Below, in pieces: positions 8,780 to 18,626 of a stretch of DNA of 64,000 nucleotides. The notes below the pieces were generated by a model. It ran no database searches. It was not told the DNA's origin and was given only the letters and a program-made list of their open reading frames with translations. The translations under genes were made by a program, and so were the position numbers. The stretch spans positions 32,023 through 96,022 of the forward strand of contig JAIFNA010000002.1 in NCBI GenBank assembly GCA_020048055.1, in the 5' to 3' direction. This DNA comes from Arcobacter sp. (GTDB taxonomy: Bacteria > Campylobacterota > Campylobacteria > Campylobacterales > Arcobacteraceae). Each line of letters starts with the position of its first letter. Within the stretch, counting starts at the first letter, position 1.

Positions 8780-9785
8780 CTAAGCTCCATCTTATTGTTT
8801 CCCCAGCATACATAGGAACTACAACTTCTCCAAAACCTTCATAAGCTTCTGGAACAATATAATCTTTTTTTACCAAAGTTACACTTTTGGAAGATGGTGT
8901 AAGCTCATAAATATTAATAGCATTCCCACTTACAAATTTTGCAAGATTTTCTAATTTATTATTTGATTCAAATAATTCCGCTAAAACTTGCAATGCAATC
9001 GGTGCAGTAAATACTCCAGCAGCACAACCACAAGCCTCTTTTTTGTGTTTTGGGTGTGGCGCACTGTCACTCCCAAACATGATTTTATAGTTTCCGCTAA
9101 GTGCAATATTTAAAAGCGCTTCTTTATCTTCTGGTCGTTTTGCGATTGGCTTACAAAACAAATGAGGCCTGAGCATACCACCAGCAACATCATCGAGGGT
9201 AATAATAAGATGTTGCAAAGTTATTGTTGCGTAAAGATTGTCATATTTTTGAACTAGTTCAACCGCTTCTTTTGTTGTGATATGTTCCATTATAATTTTG
9301 AGTTTTGGAAAAGCAACGGCAAGTGCTTCATAAGCACTCATAAACTCTTTTTCTCTATCCATCACAAAACCATTAGTTTCCCCATGAACACAAAGTGGGA
9401 TATTAAGCTCCGCCATCGCATTGAGTGTTGGAGCAAGTGCCACCGTATCTATTGAGCTCACTCCCTCTTCGCTATTTGTAGTGATTCCAGCTGGATAAAG
9501 TTTGATACCACATATCTCATCTTTAACATCTTCTAAAAACTCTTTTGTGTAAGGCTTAAAAAACAAAGTCATAAAAGGTGTAAAATCATCACTTCCAATA
9601 GCTTCTAATATCCTATTTTTATAAGCAACTACCGCCTCTTTTGTCTCAACCGGTGGAACTAAATTTGGCATAATAATTCCACCTGCGAATGTTTTACTTG
9701 TAAGTGGTGCTACGAGTTTCAGCATATCTCCATCTCTTAAGTGAATATGCATATCGTAAGGGGAAAGAAGTGTGATTTTTTTCAT
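8772..9785 (-). CDS. pyrC: Dihydroorotase (class II)
   Basis: MHIHLRDG metal-binding start, about 337 aa, FGSDSAPHP motif typical of E. coli-type PyrC. Confidence 0.85.
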   Translation of the reverse strand: MKKITLLSPYDMHIHLRDGDMLKLVAPLTSKTFAGGIIMPNLVPPVETKEAVVAYKNRILEAIGSDDFTPFMTLFFKPYTKEFLEDVKDEICGIKLYPAGITTNSEEGVSSIDTVALAPTLNAMAELNIPLCVHGETNGFVMDREKEFMSAYEALAVAFPKLKIIMEHITTKEAVELVQKYDNLYATITLQHLIITLDDVAGGMLRPHLFCKPIAKRPEDKEALLNIALSGNYKIMFGSDSAPHPKHKKEACGCAAGVFTAPIALQVLAELFESNNKLENLAKFVSGNAINIYELTPSSKSVTLVKKDYIVPEAYEGFGEVVVPMYAGETIRWSLED

Positions 9786-9922
9786 AATAACTCTCTTTTA
9801 TTCAATAATATTTAATTTCTACCTAATAATTTTTAGATTAGTTCGAGTACAAGACAGTGGGTATCAAGTTTACTACTGTAAATCAGATGTCCACTAACGA
9901 AGTAGTAGTGCTGATATAGAAA

Positions 9923-11863
9923 TTATCTTAATAGCTCTAAAACTTTAGCTTTTAATTTATGTTGCGTAAAACCATACAGCTCAAAAAGTTCTTCTGCTGG
10001 TCCACTTTGTCCAAATCTATCAATTCCAACAAACTCGTCAGCAAATTTGTACCACTCCATAGAGTTCGACATCTCAACTGCGATTTTTTTAGTATTTGGC
10101 AAAATAATACTGTCAATATACTCTTTTGATTGCTCACAAAGAAGGTCAAAACAAGGAACACTTACGATATTACAAACTATTCCAAATTCACTTTCAAGGT
10201 GACATGCAGTTTGTAAACAAAGCATCACTTCACTTCCGCTAGCCATCAAAGTTACTGTTGCATTTTCTCTTTTCTTTAAAAGATACCCACCATTTTCAAC
10301 ATCTCCGATTTCTCTTTTATTTTTCAGAGTTTGAAGTTTTTGCCTAGTTAAAACAAATCCAGTTGGGGCATTCATAGTAAGTGCTTTTTCCCAACATTTG
10401 ATATTTTCACTTGCATCTGCTGGTCTAAATGTGTAGAAATTTGGCATCGCTCTAAATTGACTTAATTGCTCGATTGGTTGGTGTGTCGCTCCATCTTCTC
10501 CGACACCGATACTATCGTGTGTCCAGATGAAATGTTGCGGGATATTACTAAGTGCTGCTACCCTTGCAGCTGGTTTTAGATAATCACTAAAGATAAAGAA
10601 AGTCGCACTGTAAACTCTAAAAAGCCCATAGATATTCATAGCATTACAAATCGCTGCCATTGAATGCTCTTTGATACCAAAGTGGATATTTCTCCCTTTT
10701 GGAAAATCCCCAAGCCCAATAAGTTCAGTTTTATTTGATGGTGCTAAATCTGCACTTCCACCTAAGAAACTTGGCACTGCTTTAGCGATAGCATTTAAAA
10801 TTTTGTGGTTACTATCTCTTGTGGCAACTTGCTCATCTTCTTTAAATTCTGGATAAACAACCTTGCTATAATCAGGATTTAAAAGTGCTTCTAAAGTTAC
10901 ATTTTGCTCAACCTCAGGAAGATCTTTAGCTACCATTTTATCCCAAGCTTTACTTAATAATTCTCCAGATTCTATTTTGTCAAATGCTTTTTTAACATCT
11001 TCATGTACCACAAAAGTTGTTTCTGGATCAAATCCTGCTTTGATTTTAGAAGCCTTTATTTCATCGCTTCCAAGTGGTGCACCATGAGTATGGTGGCTTC
11101 CCTCTAAAGTAGCTGCTCCACGACCAATTTTTGTTTTTGCGATAATTATTGTTGGTTTATCACTACTTCTTGAAGTTACTAAAGCATTTTCAATCTCATC
11201 AAAATTGTGTCCATCAATTGTAATAACATCAAAATTTACAGCTTCAAATCTTTTTTTAACATCTTCGCTCCAAGCAATACTAATATCACCTTCAATTGAA
11301 ATGTCGTTACTATCATAAATAAGTGTAAAATTTGAAACTTTTTGATGTCCTAAAGTGGCACATGCTTCGTATGAAATCCCCTCTTGTAAGTCACCATCGC
11401 CACAAAAACAATATACATGATGGTCAATCACTTTTGCCATAGGTGTATTTAAACAATGTTTGGCATACTCACTTGCAAGTGCAAAACCAACTGCATTTGC
11501 TATCCCCTGCCCTAACGGTCCTGTTGTAATCTCAACCCCATGAGTATGTTTATATTCAGGATGTCCTGGAGTCTTGCTACCTACTTGTCTAAAAGCTTTT
11601 AAATCATCTAAAGTTACATTAAATCCCCAAAGGTGTAATAATGAATAAACTAAAGAACTCGCATGCCCTCCACTAAAAACCAATCTATCCCTATTTAACC
11701 AAGTTGAATCTTTTGGACTAATTTTGAGATGTTTACTTAAAACAGTTGCTATGTCTGCTAGTCCCATAGGAGCACCTGGGTGTCCACTATTTGCTGCTTG
11801 AACCATATCGGCTGCTAAAAATCTAATTGTATCTGCTTGTTTTTTTAATATTTCTGTTGACAT
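9923..11863 (-). CDS. tkt: Transketolase
   Basis: 646 aa. It has a thiamine diphosphate-binding region (GHPGAPMG..., CFCGDGDLQEGISYEA), a transketolase pyrimidine-binding domain and a C-terminal domain. Confidence 0.9.
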   Translation of the reverse strand: MSTEILKKQADTIRFLAADMVQAANSGHPGAPMGLADIATVLSKHLKISPKDSTWLNRDRLVFSGGHASSLVYSLLHLWGFNVTLDDLKAFRQVGSKTPGHPEYKHTHGVEITTGPLGQGIANAVGFALASEYAKHCLNTPMAKVIDHHVYCFCGDGDLQEGISYEACATLGHQKVSNFTLIYDSNDISIEGDISIAWSEDVKKRFEAVNFDVITIDGHNFDEIENALVTSRSSDKPTIIIAKTKIGRGAATLEGSHHTHGAPLGSDEIKASKIKAGFDPETTFVVHEDVKKAFDKIESGELLSKAWDKMVAKDLPEVEQNVTLEALLNPDYSKVVYPEFKEDEQVATRDSNHKILNAIAKAVPSFLGGSADLAPSNKTELIGLGDFPKGRNIHFGIKEHSMAAICNAMNIYGLFRVYSATFFIFSDYLKPAARVAALSNIPQHFIWTHDSIGVGEDGATHQPIEQLSQFRAMPNFYTFRPADASENIKCWEKALTMNAPTGFVLTRQKLQTLKNKREIGDVENGGYLLKKRENATVTLMASGSEVMLCLQTACHLESEFGIVCNIVSVPCFDLLCEQSKEYIDSIILPNTKKIAVEMSNSMEWYKFADEFVGIDRFGQSGPAEELFELYGFTQHKLKAKVLELLR

Positions 11864-11901
11864 TTATTACCTTATTTTTATTTTTCTATTTTGTTTAAAT
11901 C

Positions 11902-12708
11902 TTACCAAGCCTTACCATCATTTAATTCTTTAAACTTAGCAAATCTTATCTCTTTAATTTCGTTATTCTCAATCATAAATCTAACTCTTCCATCTTGAGC
12001 ATATTTTGTTTCAACATCACCAGATTTAATACTTAAATGTGCACCGTCAACAACAATAATTTGTTTTTTTGTTTTATCCAGCACAATCTCATTTGTTCCC
12101 GAATACTCTTTTCTCTCTTTTGTTTCAAGGTTAATTACACCAACCCAAATATATTTAATTGGCATTATCCTTATTCCATCTGACACATTAAGTGGTGTTT
12201 GTGAATTTTGTGTTGTAATATTTGTATCTTGTGTAGTGTTAAGTTCGGTCGAATTTGTATCATTTGTAGTTTGAATAGCTTCAAGTGTTGGCTCAGGGAC
12301 AATAATTTGCTCCTCTTTAATTTGCTCTACTGGAGGAACTAGCTCAGGTTGTTCACCACCTTGATTAAACAAAAATACAATAAATAAAGCAATAACTACA
12401 ACAACAGAACCAATCACTAAAGCAATTTTTCTATCAACACTCAAGCCATCATCATTTCTAAATTGCTCATTTAATATAACTTTTGGTGGCTCAACTTCAT
12501 CAAAGTATCTATTAGCTTCAGCCCTTAAATCACTTAAATCCATATTTAATCGACTTGATAAAATATCTATAAAACCGTTGAATTTAAATCTACTAAAAGC
12601 TTGGAAATTTTTATTTTTTATACCATCAAGATTGCTATATGTTATATAAGTTTTTGCATAAAGCTCTTCATTTGTGATATTTTTTAATATATCAAAATTA
12701 TTATTCAC
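11902..12708 (-). CDS. RodZ-like bitopic membrane protein (cytoplasmic N-domain, TM, T/N/Q-rich linker, periplasmic C-terminal beta domain)
   Basis: N-terminal ITYSNLDGIKNKNFQAFSRFKFNGFIDILSSRLNMD resembles the end of the RodZ HTH region (ISYLEALEEGDFD..FVRGFVRSYARLLGLD). The C-terminal IKYIWVGVINLETKERKEY...IVVDGAHLSIKSGD resembles the RodZ C-terminal DUF4115 pattern. Confidence 0.35.
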   Translation of the reverse strand: MNNNFDILKNITNEELYAKTYITYSNLDGIKNKNFQAFSRFKFNGFIDILSSRLNMDLSDLRAEANRYFDEVEPPKVILNEQFRNDDGLSVDRKIALVIGSVVVVIALFIVFLFNQGGEQPELVPPVEQIKEEQIIVPEPTLEAIQTTNDTNSTELNTTQDTNITTQNSQTPLNVSDGIRIMPIKYIWVGVINLETKERKEYSGTNEIVLDKTKKQIIVVDGAHLSIKSGDVETKYAQDGRVRFMIENNEIKEIRFAKFKELNDGKAW

Positions 12709-12885
12709 CCCTGAACTCCCACATTTTTTTAAAGTAATCCGTGATTTTATCTATTTTATGATTAATAATTGTCAAATAATGTAAGTTTTTTGTAATCTTT
12801 TTTAAAACACCCCAAAATAGCCACTTATTGAAATTAAATTTTTTTATGATAACATTTCGCTCATTTTTAAATCACAAGGTAGTTT

Positions 12886-15315
12886 ATGAAAAATTTAGTC
12901 ATCGTCGAATCACCAGCAAAAGCTCGTACAATCGAAAAGTTTTTAGGTTCTGACTATACCGTGATGGCATCAATGGGACATGTGAGAGATCTTCCAAAAT
13001 CAACTTTAGGCTTTGATCCACAAAATAATTTCACGCCAGATTATCAAATCACCAAAGATAAAACAAAAGTAATATCTGATATTAAAAAAAATATCAAAAA
13101 AGATACTGTTATCTATTTAGCGGCCGATGAAGATAGAGAAGGGGAAGCTATTGCATGGCATCTAATTCCTGCACTTAAAATCGAAAAAAATAAAATTTAC
13201 AGGATAGTTTTCCATGAAATTACAAAAGGTGCAATTTTAGAAGCACTTAAAAATCCACGAGATGTTGACCAAAATCTTGTAGATGCACAACAAGCAAGAA
13301 GATTGCTTGACCGTGCAGTTGGATACAAACTATCCCCTTTACTTTGGAAAAAAGTAAGATATGGACTAAGTGCAGGGAGAGTTCAAAGTGTTGCTGTTAG
13401 GATTATTGTTGATAAAGAAAGGGAGATTAGAGCTTTTATAAGTGAAGAGTTTTGGAAAATCAAATTAGATTTTAAAAATCCGTCATTTAGAGCTGAACTA
13501 GCTAAGATTGATGGAAAAATTGCAAAAGTAAATAATGAAAAAGAGGCTTTTACAATAAGAGATGATTGTCAAAAAGGGAAATATCTTTTAGCAAATATTG
13601 ACGAAAAAGAGAGTAAACGAAATCCTGCACCACCATTTACAACATCTACATTACAACAAGAAGCAAGCAGAAAAGCGGGATTTAATGTAAAACAAACAAT
13701 GATTGTAGCACAACAACTTTATGAGGGTGGGATTAATATTCCAAATCATACAGGTGGTCTTATCACATATATGAGAACAGATAGCGTTAACCTTTCACAA
13801 ACAGCTACAACGATGGCAAAAGAGGTAATTGAAGCTGAATATGGAAAAGAGTATGCTTTAAAACTCCCTCGAAAATTTACTACAAAAGCTAAAGGAGCTC
13901 AAGAGGCACATGAAGCTATAAGACCTGTCAATATGCACTTAAAACCTAGTGATATTAAGCCTTATCTTGACAATGCTCAATACAAGCTTTATAGTCTCAT
14001 TTGGAAAAGAACATTAGCTTGTCAAATGGAAAATGCATTAATTGCAAATACAACTTATACTATATTAGCGGGTACACAAAATCAATATGAATTTCAAGCA
14101 AAGGGGACAAGGATAATATTTGCTGGATTTATGAAAGCCTACACAGAAGGTAGCGATGATCCTGAAGCTGCACTTGATAGCGCCGAGAAAATCCTCCCAA
14201 ATATTAAACAAAATACAATTTTAGAACTAGAAACGATTCTACCTGAACAAAATTTTACAAAACCACCAGCAAGATATACAGAAGCTAGTTTGGTTAAAAA
14301 ATTGGAAGCTGAGGGGATTGGGCGACCTTCAACTTACGCTCCAACTATCTCAACAATACAAATGCGTGAATATGTAGTTGCAACTGAGGATAAAAAGTTA
14401 GCTCCTGCTCCTATTGGTGAAGTTGTAAATGATTTTCTAGTTGAACATTTCCCAAAAATTGTTGACCTCAAATTTACAGCAAACATCGAAGAGGAATTTG
14501 ATGAGATTGCTGATGGGAAAATCTCATGGACAAGTGTTTTACAAAATTTTTATGGTGATTTTGTAAGCAATGTTGAACATATTGATGAGTTTGCTCCAAG
14601 GGCAAAATTTGCAGAAGCTAGAATTCTGGGCGATGATCCTAAAAGTGGAAAACCTGTTAGTGTTAGTGTTGGAAAATTTGGTCCTTTTGTTCAAATTGGG
14701 ACAAAAGAGGATGAGGAGAAGCCAAAATTTGCCTCAATGCCATCAACATTTAAAATTGACACAATAACACTAGCTGAAGCACTAACACTCCTAACAATGC
14801 CAAAAACATTGGGTGAAGATGAAAATGGAAACAGCGTAAAGGTAAATATCGGAAGGTTTGGTCCTTATGTTCAAATAAAAAGTGAATACTTTAGTCTTAA
14901 AACAGATAGCCCTTACGAGATAGATTTAACAAGGGCTTTAGAAGTTGTAGCAGAGATAAGATTAGCAAAAGAGAAAGCTTTAATTAAAGACTTTGGCGAA
15001 GCTAATATCCAAATTTTAAATGGTAGGTTTGGTCCTTATATCAAAGAGGGAAAAAGCAACTATAAGTTACCAAAAGCACTAGATGAGCAAGATATTAAGG
15101 CTTTATCATTAAATGAAATAAAAGAGATAATAAAAAATCAACCTGCTCCAAAAGGTAGATTTGCAAAGAAAAAAACAACAAAAGATGAGCCACAGCCAAA
15201 AGAGAAAAAAGAGGCAAAAAAAACTACAACTAAAAAAGAGACTGTAAAAAAAGAGACAAAATCAACTACTAAAAAAACAGCTACAAAAACCACAAAAGAG
15301 AAAAAAGAAAAATAG
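12886..15315 (+). CDS. topA: DNA topoisomerase I with C-terminal zinc-ribbon repeats and a lysine/threonine-rich basic tail
   Basis: TOPRIM start (VIVESPAKARTIEKFLG), the active-site Tyr region (LITYMRTDSVNLS), three repeats of the G+FGPYVQIG/K motif, and a final about 50 aa KKTTKDEPQPKEKKEAKKTTTKKETVKKETKSTTKK... Confidence 0.9.
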   Translation: MKNLVIVESPAKARTIEKFLGSDYTVMASMGHVRDLPKSTLGFDPQNNFTPDYQITKDKTKVISDIKKNIKKDTVIYLAADEDREGEAIAWHLIPALKIEKNKIYRIVFHEITKGAILEALKNPRDVDQNLVDAQQARRLLDRAVGYKLSPLLWKKVRYGLSAGRVQSVAVRIIVDKEREIRAFISEEFWKIKLDFKNPSFRAELAKIDGKIAKVNNEKEAFTIRDDCQKGKYLLANIDEKESKRNPAPPFTTSTLQQEASRKAGFNVKQTMIVAQQLYEGGINIPNHTGGLITYMRTDSVNLSQTATTMAKEVIEAEYGKEYALKLPRKFTTKAKGAQEAHEAIRPVNMHLKPSDIKPYLDNAQYKLYSLIWKRTLACQMENALIANTTYTILAGTQNQYEFQAKGTRIIFAGFMKAYTEGSDDPEAALDSAEKILPNIKQNTILELETILPEQNFTKPPARYTEASLVKKLEAEGIGRPSTYAPTISTIQMREYVVATEDKKLAPAPIGEVVNDFLVEHFPKIVDLKFTANIEEEFDEIADGKISWTSVLQNFYGDFVSNVEHIDEFAPRAKFAEARILGDDPKSGKPVSVSVGKFGPFVQIGTKEDEEKPKFASMPSTFKIDTITLAEALTLLTMPKTLGEDENGNSVKVNIGRFGPYVQIKSEYFSLKTDSPYEIDLTRALEVVAEIRLAKEKALIKDFGEANIQILNGRFGPYIKEGKSNYKLPKALDEQDIKALSLNEIKEIIKNQPAPKGRFAKKKTTKDEPQPKEKKEAKKTTTKKETVKKETKSTTKKTATKTTKEKKEK

Positions 15316-15317
15316 CT

Positions 15318-15830
15318 GTGAAAATAGGGATACTTTCAGATAGCCATAAAAAAATTGAGCTTTTAGAAGAATCAATCAACCTTCTTAAAAGTGAGGGTTG
15401 TGAAATTTTAATCCACGCTGGTGATTTAGAGATAATTGAAAGCCTTGAAGTTTTAAAAAACTCTGGATTAATATATACAAGTGTATTTGGAAACAATGAC
15501 AACAATTTGCTTCAATATCAACATATCTATAAAATACACAAAGAGCCATACTATTTTAAAATCAAAGATTTAAAATTTAAACTTATGCATCTACCTTACT
15601 ATATGGCTAATGATGTTGATATTATTATTTTTGGGCATACTCATAACTTTGAAACTAAGTATGAAAACAAAACACTTTTTATAAATCCAGGTGAAGTGTG
15701 CGCCAGAAACAAACCAATAAGTGAGTGTGTATCTTTAGAGATAACAGATATAGCTTACAAAATAACTTATAATTTTAAATCACCCAATGAAAACATTTGG
15801 GACAAAAAGGAAATAAAATATGATAGATAA
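15318..15830 (+). CDS. YfcE/MJ0936-family metallophosphoesterase
   Basis: MKIGILSDSH... GDLE... GHTH motifs, 170 aa. Confidence 0.7.
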   Translation: MKIGILSDSHKKIELLEESINLLKSEGCEILIHAGDLEIIESLEVLKNSGLIYTSVFGNNDNNLLQYQHIYKIHKEPYYFKIKDLKFKLMHLPYYMANDVDIIIFGHTHNFETKYENKTLFINPGEVCARNKPISECVSLEITDIAYKITYNFKSPNENIWDKKEIKYDR

Positions 15831-16665
15831 AATTTATCTTTGTGCTATCTCAAATATTGAAAGTGGAACTTGTTTGGAAGATTGTAAATTTTGTACACAA
15901 AGCGTTAAGTACAAAGCAGACATAGTAAGATACAAACGAAAAACAATAGAACAAATAGTAGAAGAAGCTAAAATTGCACGAAAAAATAAAGCGATAGGTT
16001 TTTGTCTTGTAACTGCTGGAAAAGGGCTTGATGAAAATCGTTTAGAGTATGTAATGAGTGCAGCTCGTGCTGTTAAAAATGAGGATCTTGGACTTAAAAT
16101 CATAGCTTGCAATGGAACAGCAACACTCGAGCAACTACTAAAATTAAAAGAAGCAGGCGTAGATAATTATAACCACAACCTTGAAACTTCTAGGGAATTT
16201 TATCCATCAATTTGTACAACACATAGCTGGGATGAGAGATATGAAACTTGCCAAAATGTAAAAAAAGCTGGTTTAAATCTTGTTTGTGGTGGTATTTTTG
16301 GACTTGGTGAGAGTTATGAAGATAGAATCTCTATGTTAAAATCTATTGCTTCACTTGAACCAAAAAATGTTCCGATAAACTTTTTCCATCCAAATGAAGC
16401 ACTCCCATTGGTAAAAAATCAACTCACAAAACAAGAAGCATTTGAACTTATAAAGCTAACAAAAGAGATGAATCCTAATGCCCACAAAATAATGGTTGCA
16501 GGTGGAAGAGAGCTTATGTTTGGAAAAGAGCAATATGAAGTTTTTAATTATGGAGCAAATGCGATTGTAATTGGTGATTACCTTACAACCAAAGGGAATG
16601 TTGCAAATCAAGATATTGAAGAACTTACAAAAAGGGGAATAGAGATTGCCCCAAGTTGTAATTAA
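15820..16665 (+). CDS. bioB: Biotin synthase
   Basis: Radical SAM CxxxCxxC (CLEDCKFCTQS), about 281 aa, BioB-like YNHNLETS motif. Confidence 0.85.
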   Translation: MIDKIYLCAISNIESGTCLEDCKFCTQSVKYKADIVRYKRKTIEQIVEEAKIARKNKAIGFCLVTAGKGLDENRLEYVMSAARAVKNEDLGLKIIACNGTATLEQLLKLKEAGVDNYNHNLETSREFYPSICTTHSWDERYETCQNVKKAGLNLVCGGIFGLGESYEDRISMLKSIASLEPKNVPINFFHPNEALPLVKNQLTKQEAFELIKLTKEMNPNAHKIMVAGGRELMFGKEQYEVFNYGANAIVIGDYLTTKGNVANQDIEELTKRGIEIAPSCN

Positions 16666-16677
16666 AAAGGTGAAGAG

Positions 16678-17361
16678 ATGGTAAATTTAGAGAAAATTGA
16701 CTTTACAAAACAAGATGGAATTGTACCAGTTGTAGCTCAAGATAGCAAAACTTTAGAGATTTTAATGGTTGCATATACAAATAAAGAAGCACTTGAGCTT
16801 ACGCTTCAAACTGGTTATGCACACTATTTTAGTAGAAGCAAACAAAGACTCTGGAAAAAAGGTGAAACGAGTGGACATACACAAAAAATCTTAGAAATAT
16901 TACTTGATTGCGATAACGATACTTTGGTTTTTAAAATTGAACAAACAGGAGTTGCTTGTCACACAGGGAGAAAATCTTGTTTTTTTACAAACCTTCAAAC
17001 AAACCAAATAAATAGTGAAGTTGAAATTGAACCAAATTCAACTTATAGCGTGATTGATATTTTATACCACACAATTCTTGAGCGTAAAAATAGCGATTCA
17101 GAAAAATCATACACAGCAAGTTTACTTCATGGCAAAGAAAATACACTACTTAAAAAAATAGTTGAAGAGGCTGGAGAGCTTACATTTGCCCTAAAAGATA
17201 AAGATGAAAATGAGATTATTTATGAGAGTGCTGATGTTGCATATCATATATTGGTTGCTTTAGCGTTGCACAATATCTCCCCTGATAGGATAAAACAAGA
17301 ACTTGCTAGAAGATTTGGGATTAGTGGGATAGCTGAAAAAAATAGTAGAACCAACAAATAG
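16678..17361 (+). CDS. hisIE: Bifunctional phosphoribosyl-AMP cyclohydrolase / phosphoribosyl-ATP pyrophosphatase
   Basis: HisI core (DCDNDTLVFKIEQTGVACHTG) followed by a HisE MazG-like region (LLKKIVEEAGELTFA...ADVAYHILVAL). Confidence 0.85.
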   Translation: MVNLEKIDFTKQDGIVPVVAQDSKTLEILMVAYTNKEALELTLQTGYAHYFSRSKQRLWKKGETSGHTQKILEILLDCDNDTLVFKIEQTGVACHTGRKSCFFTNLQTNQINSEVEIEPNSTYSVIDILYHTILERKNSDSEKSYTASLLHGKENTLLKKIVEEAGELTFALKDKDENEIIYESADVAYHILVALALHNISPDRIKQELARRFGISGIAEKNSRTNK

Positions 17362-17363
17362 AT

Positions 17364-18413
17364 ATGAAAATTTTAGTTTCCGCCCTTGAAACATCTTCAA
17401 ATATCCATCTAAAAGCACTTAAAGATGAATTTTATTGTGAAGTTGAGATGATTGGAATTTTTGATAAATCTTTAGGGACACCAAATTATGACATTAGCGA
17501 GATGGCAGTTATGGGTTTTGTTGATGTTTTAAAAAAGATTCCATTTTTTCTCAAACTCAAAAATGAGATGGTAAAACTAGCAAAAGATGCTGATAAAGTT
17601 CTTTTGATGGACAATAGTGGATTTAATTTGCCACTAGCTAAAGCAATAAAAAAAGCTTATCCAAACAAAGAGATTATCTACTACATTTTACCTCAAGCGT
17701 GGGCTTGGAAAAAAGGGCGAATAAAAGTTATAGAAAATGTTGTTGATAAAATTTGCTCAATTCTACCTTTTGAAAAAGAGTATTATCCAAAAGATAGCAA
17801 AATACAATATGTTGGTCATCCACTCCTCGATGAGATAAAAACTGTTAAAAGTGGGATTACTAAAAACAATAAAATCGTTTTTATGGCTGGAAGCAGAAGA
17901 GGTGAAATAACAAAATTAATCCCTATCTACAAAGAGGTTGCAACGATACTACAAAGTGAAAATAAAGAGGTTTTTTTAATAATTCCAAAACACTTTAGTG
18001 ATAAATTTATAGAAGATACATATGGTGATATTTCGATGTTTAACATCCAAAAAGACACTTACTCTACACTCCTAGATGCCGAATTTGCTTTTATTTGTAG
18101 TGGCACAGCTACACTTGAGGCTTCACTCATTGGAACTCCATTTATTCTTACTTTTATTGCAAAACCACTTGATTATTTTATAGGTTCACGACTTGTAAAA
18201 CTTGAATTTGTTGGGTTAGCAAATATATTTTTTAGCCATCTTGGATTAAAACCACTCCATAAAGAGTTGCTTCAAGAAGAGGTAAATGTAGAAAATTTAT
18301 TAAAGGGTTACAACTCTACAAATAGGGAATTATTTTTAGAAAATTCTATAAAATTAAGAGATTATTTAAAATCTGGGAGTTCAAAAAATATGGCAAAGAT
18401 AGTTTGCAATTAA
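17364..18413 (+). CDS. lpxB: Lipid-A-disaccharide synthase
   Basis: GT19 family features: N-terminal LVSALETSSNIH, FMAGSRRGEI, 349 aa. Confidence 0.8.
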   Translation: MKILVSALETSSNIHLKALKDEFYCEVEMIGIFDKSLGTPNYDISEMAVMGFVDVLKKIPFFLKLKNEMVKLAKDADKVLLMDNSGFNLPLAKAIKKAYPNKEIIYYILPQAWAWKKGRIKVIENVVDKICSILPFEKEYYPKDSKIQYVGHPLLDEIKTVKSGITKNNKIVFMAGSRRGEITKLIPIYKEVATILQSENKEVFLIIPKHFSDKFIEDTYGDISMFNIQKDTYSTLLDAEFAFICSGTATLEASLIGTPFILTFIAKPLDYFIGSRLVKLEFVGLANIFFSHLGLKPLHKELLQEEVNVENLLKGYNSTNRELFLENSIKLRDYLKSGSSKNMAKIVCN

Positions 18414-18422
18414 CAAAAAATC

Positions 18423-18626
18423 TCAGCCACCACCAACAAACTGTAAAAGTTCGATTTTATCCCCATCTTGAACTATATATTTATCCCAAGCATCTTTTTT
18501 AACTATATTCATATTAACAGCACATGCCATCACTTTATCTTCAATTTGAAGTGAAACTATCGCTTCCAAAAGTGTAGTTTCTTTATTGAAGTATTTTTCA
18601 ATTCCATTGATTATTGTTGTTATCAT
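18423..18626 (-). CDS. thiS: ThiS/MoaD-type ubiquitin-like sulfur carrier protein (C-terminal Gly-Gly)
   Basis: 67 aa ending ...YIVQDGDKIELLQFVGGG, very close to the E. coli ThiS C-terminus (HIVQDGDQILLFQVIAGG). Its ATG overlaps the stop of the upstream ankyrin gene (18623-18626). Confidence 0.75.
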   Translation of the reverse strand: MITTIINGIEKYFNKETTLLEAIVSLQIEDKVMACAVNMNIVKKDAWDKYIVQDGDKIELLQFVGGG

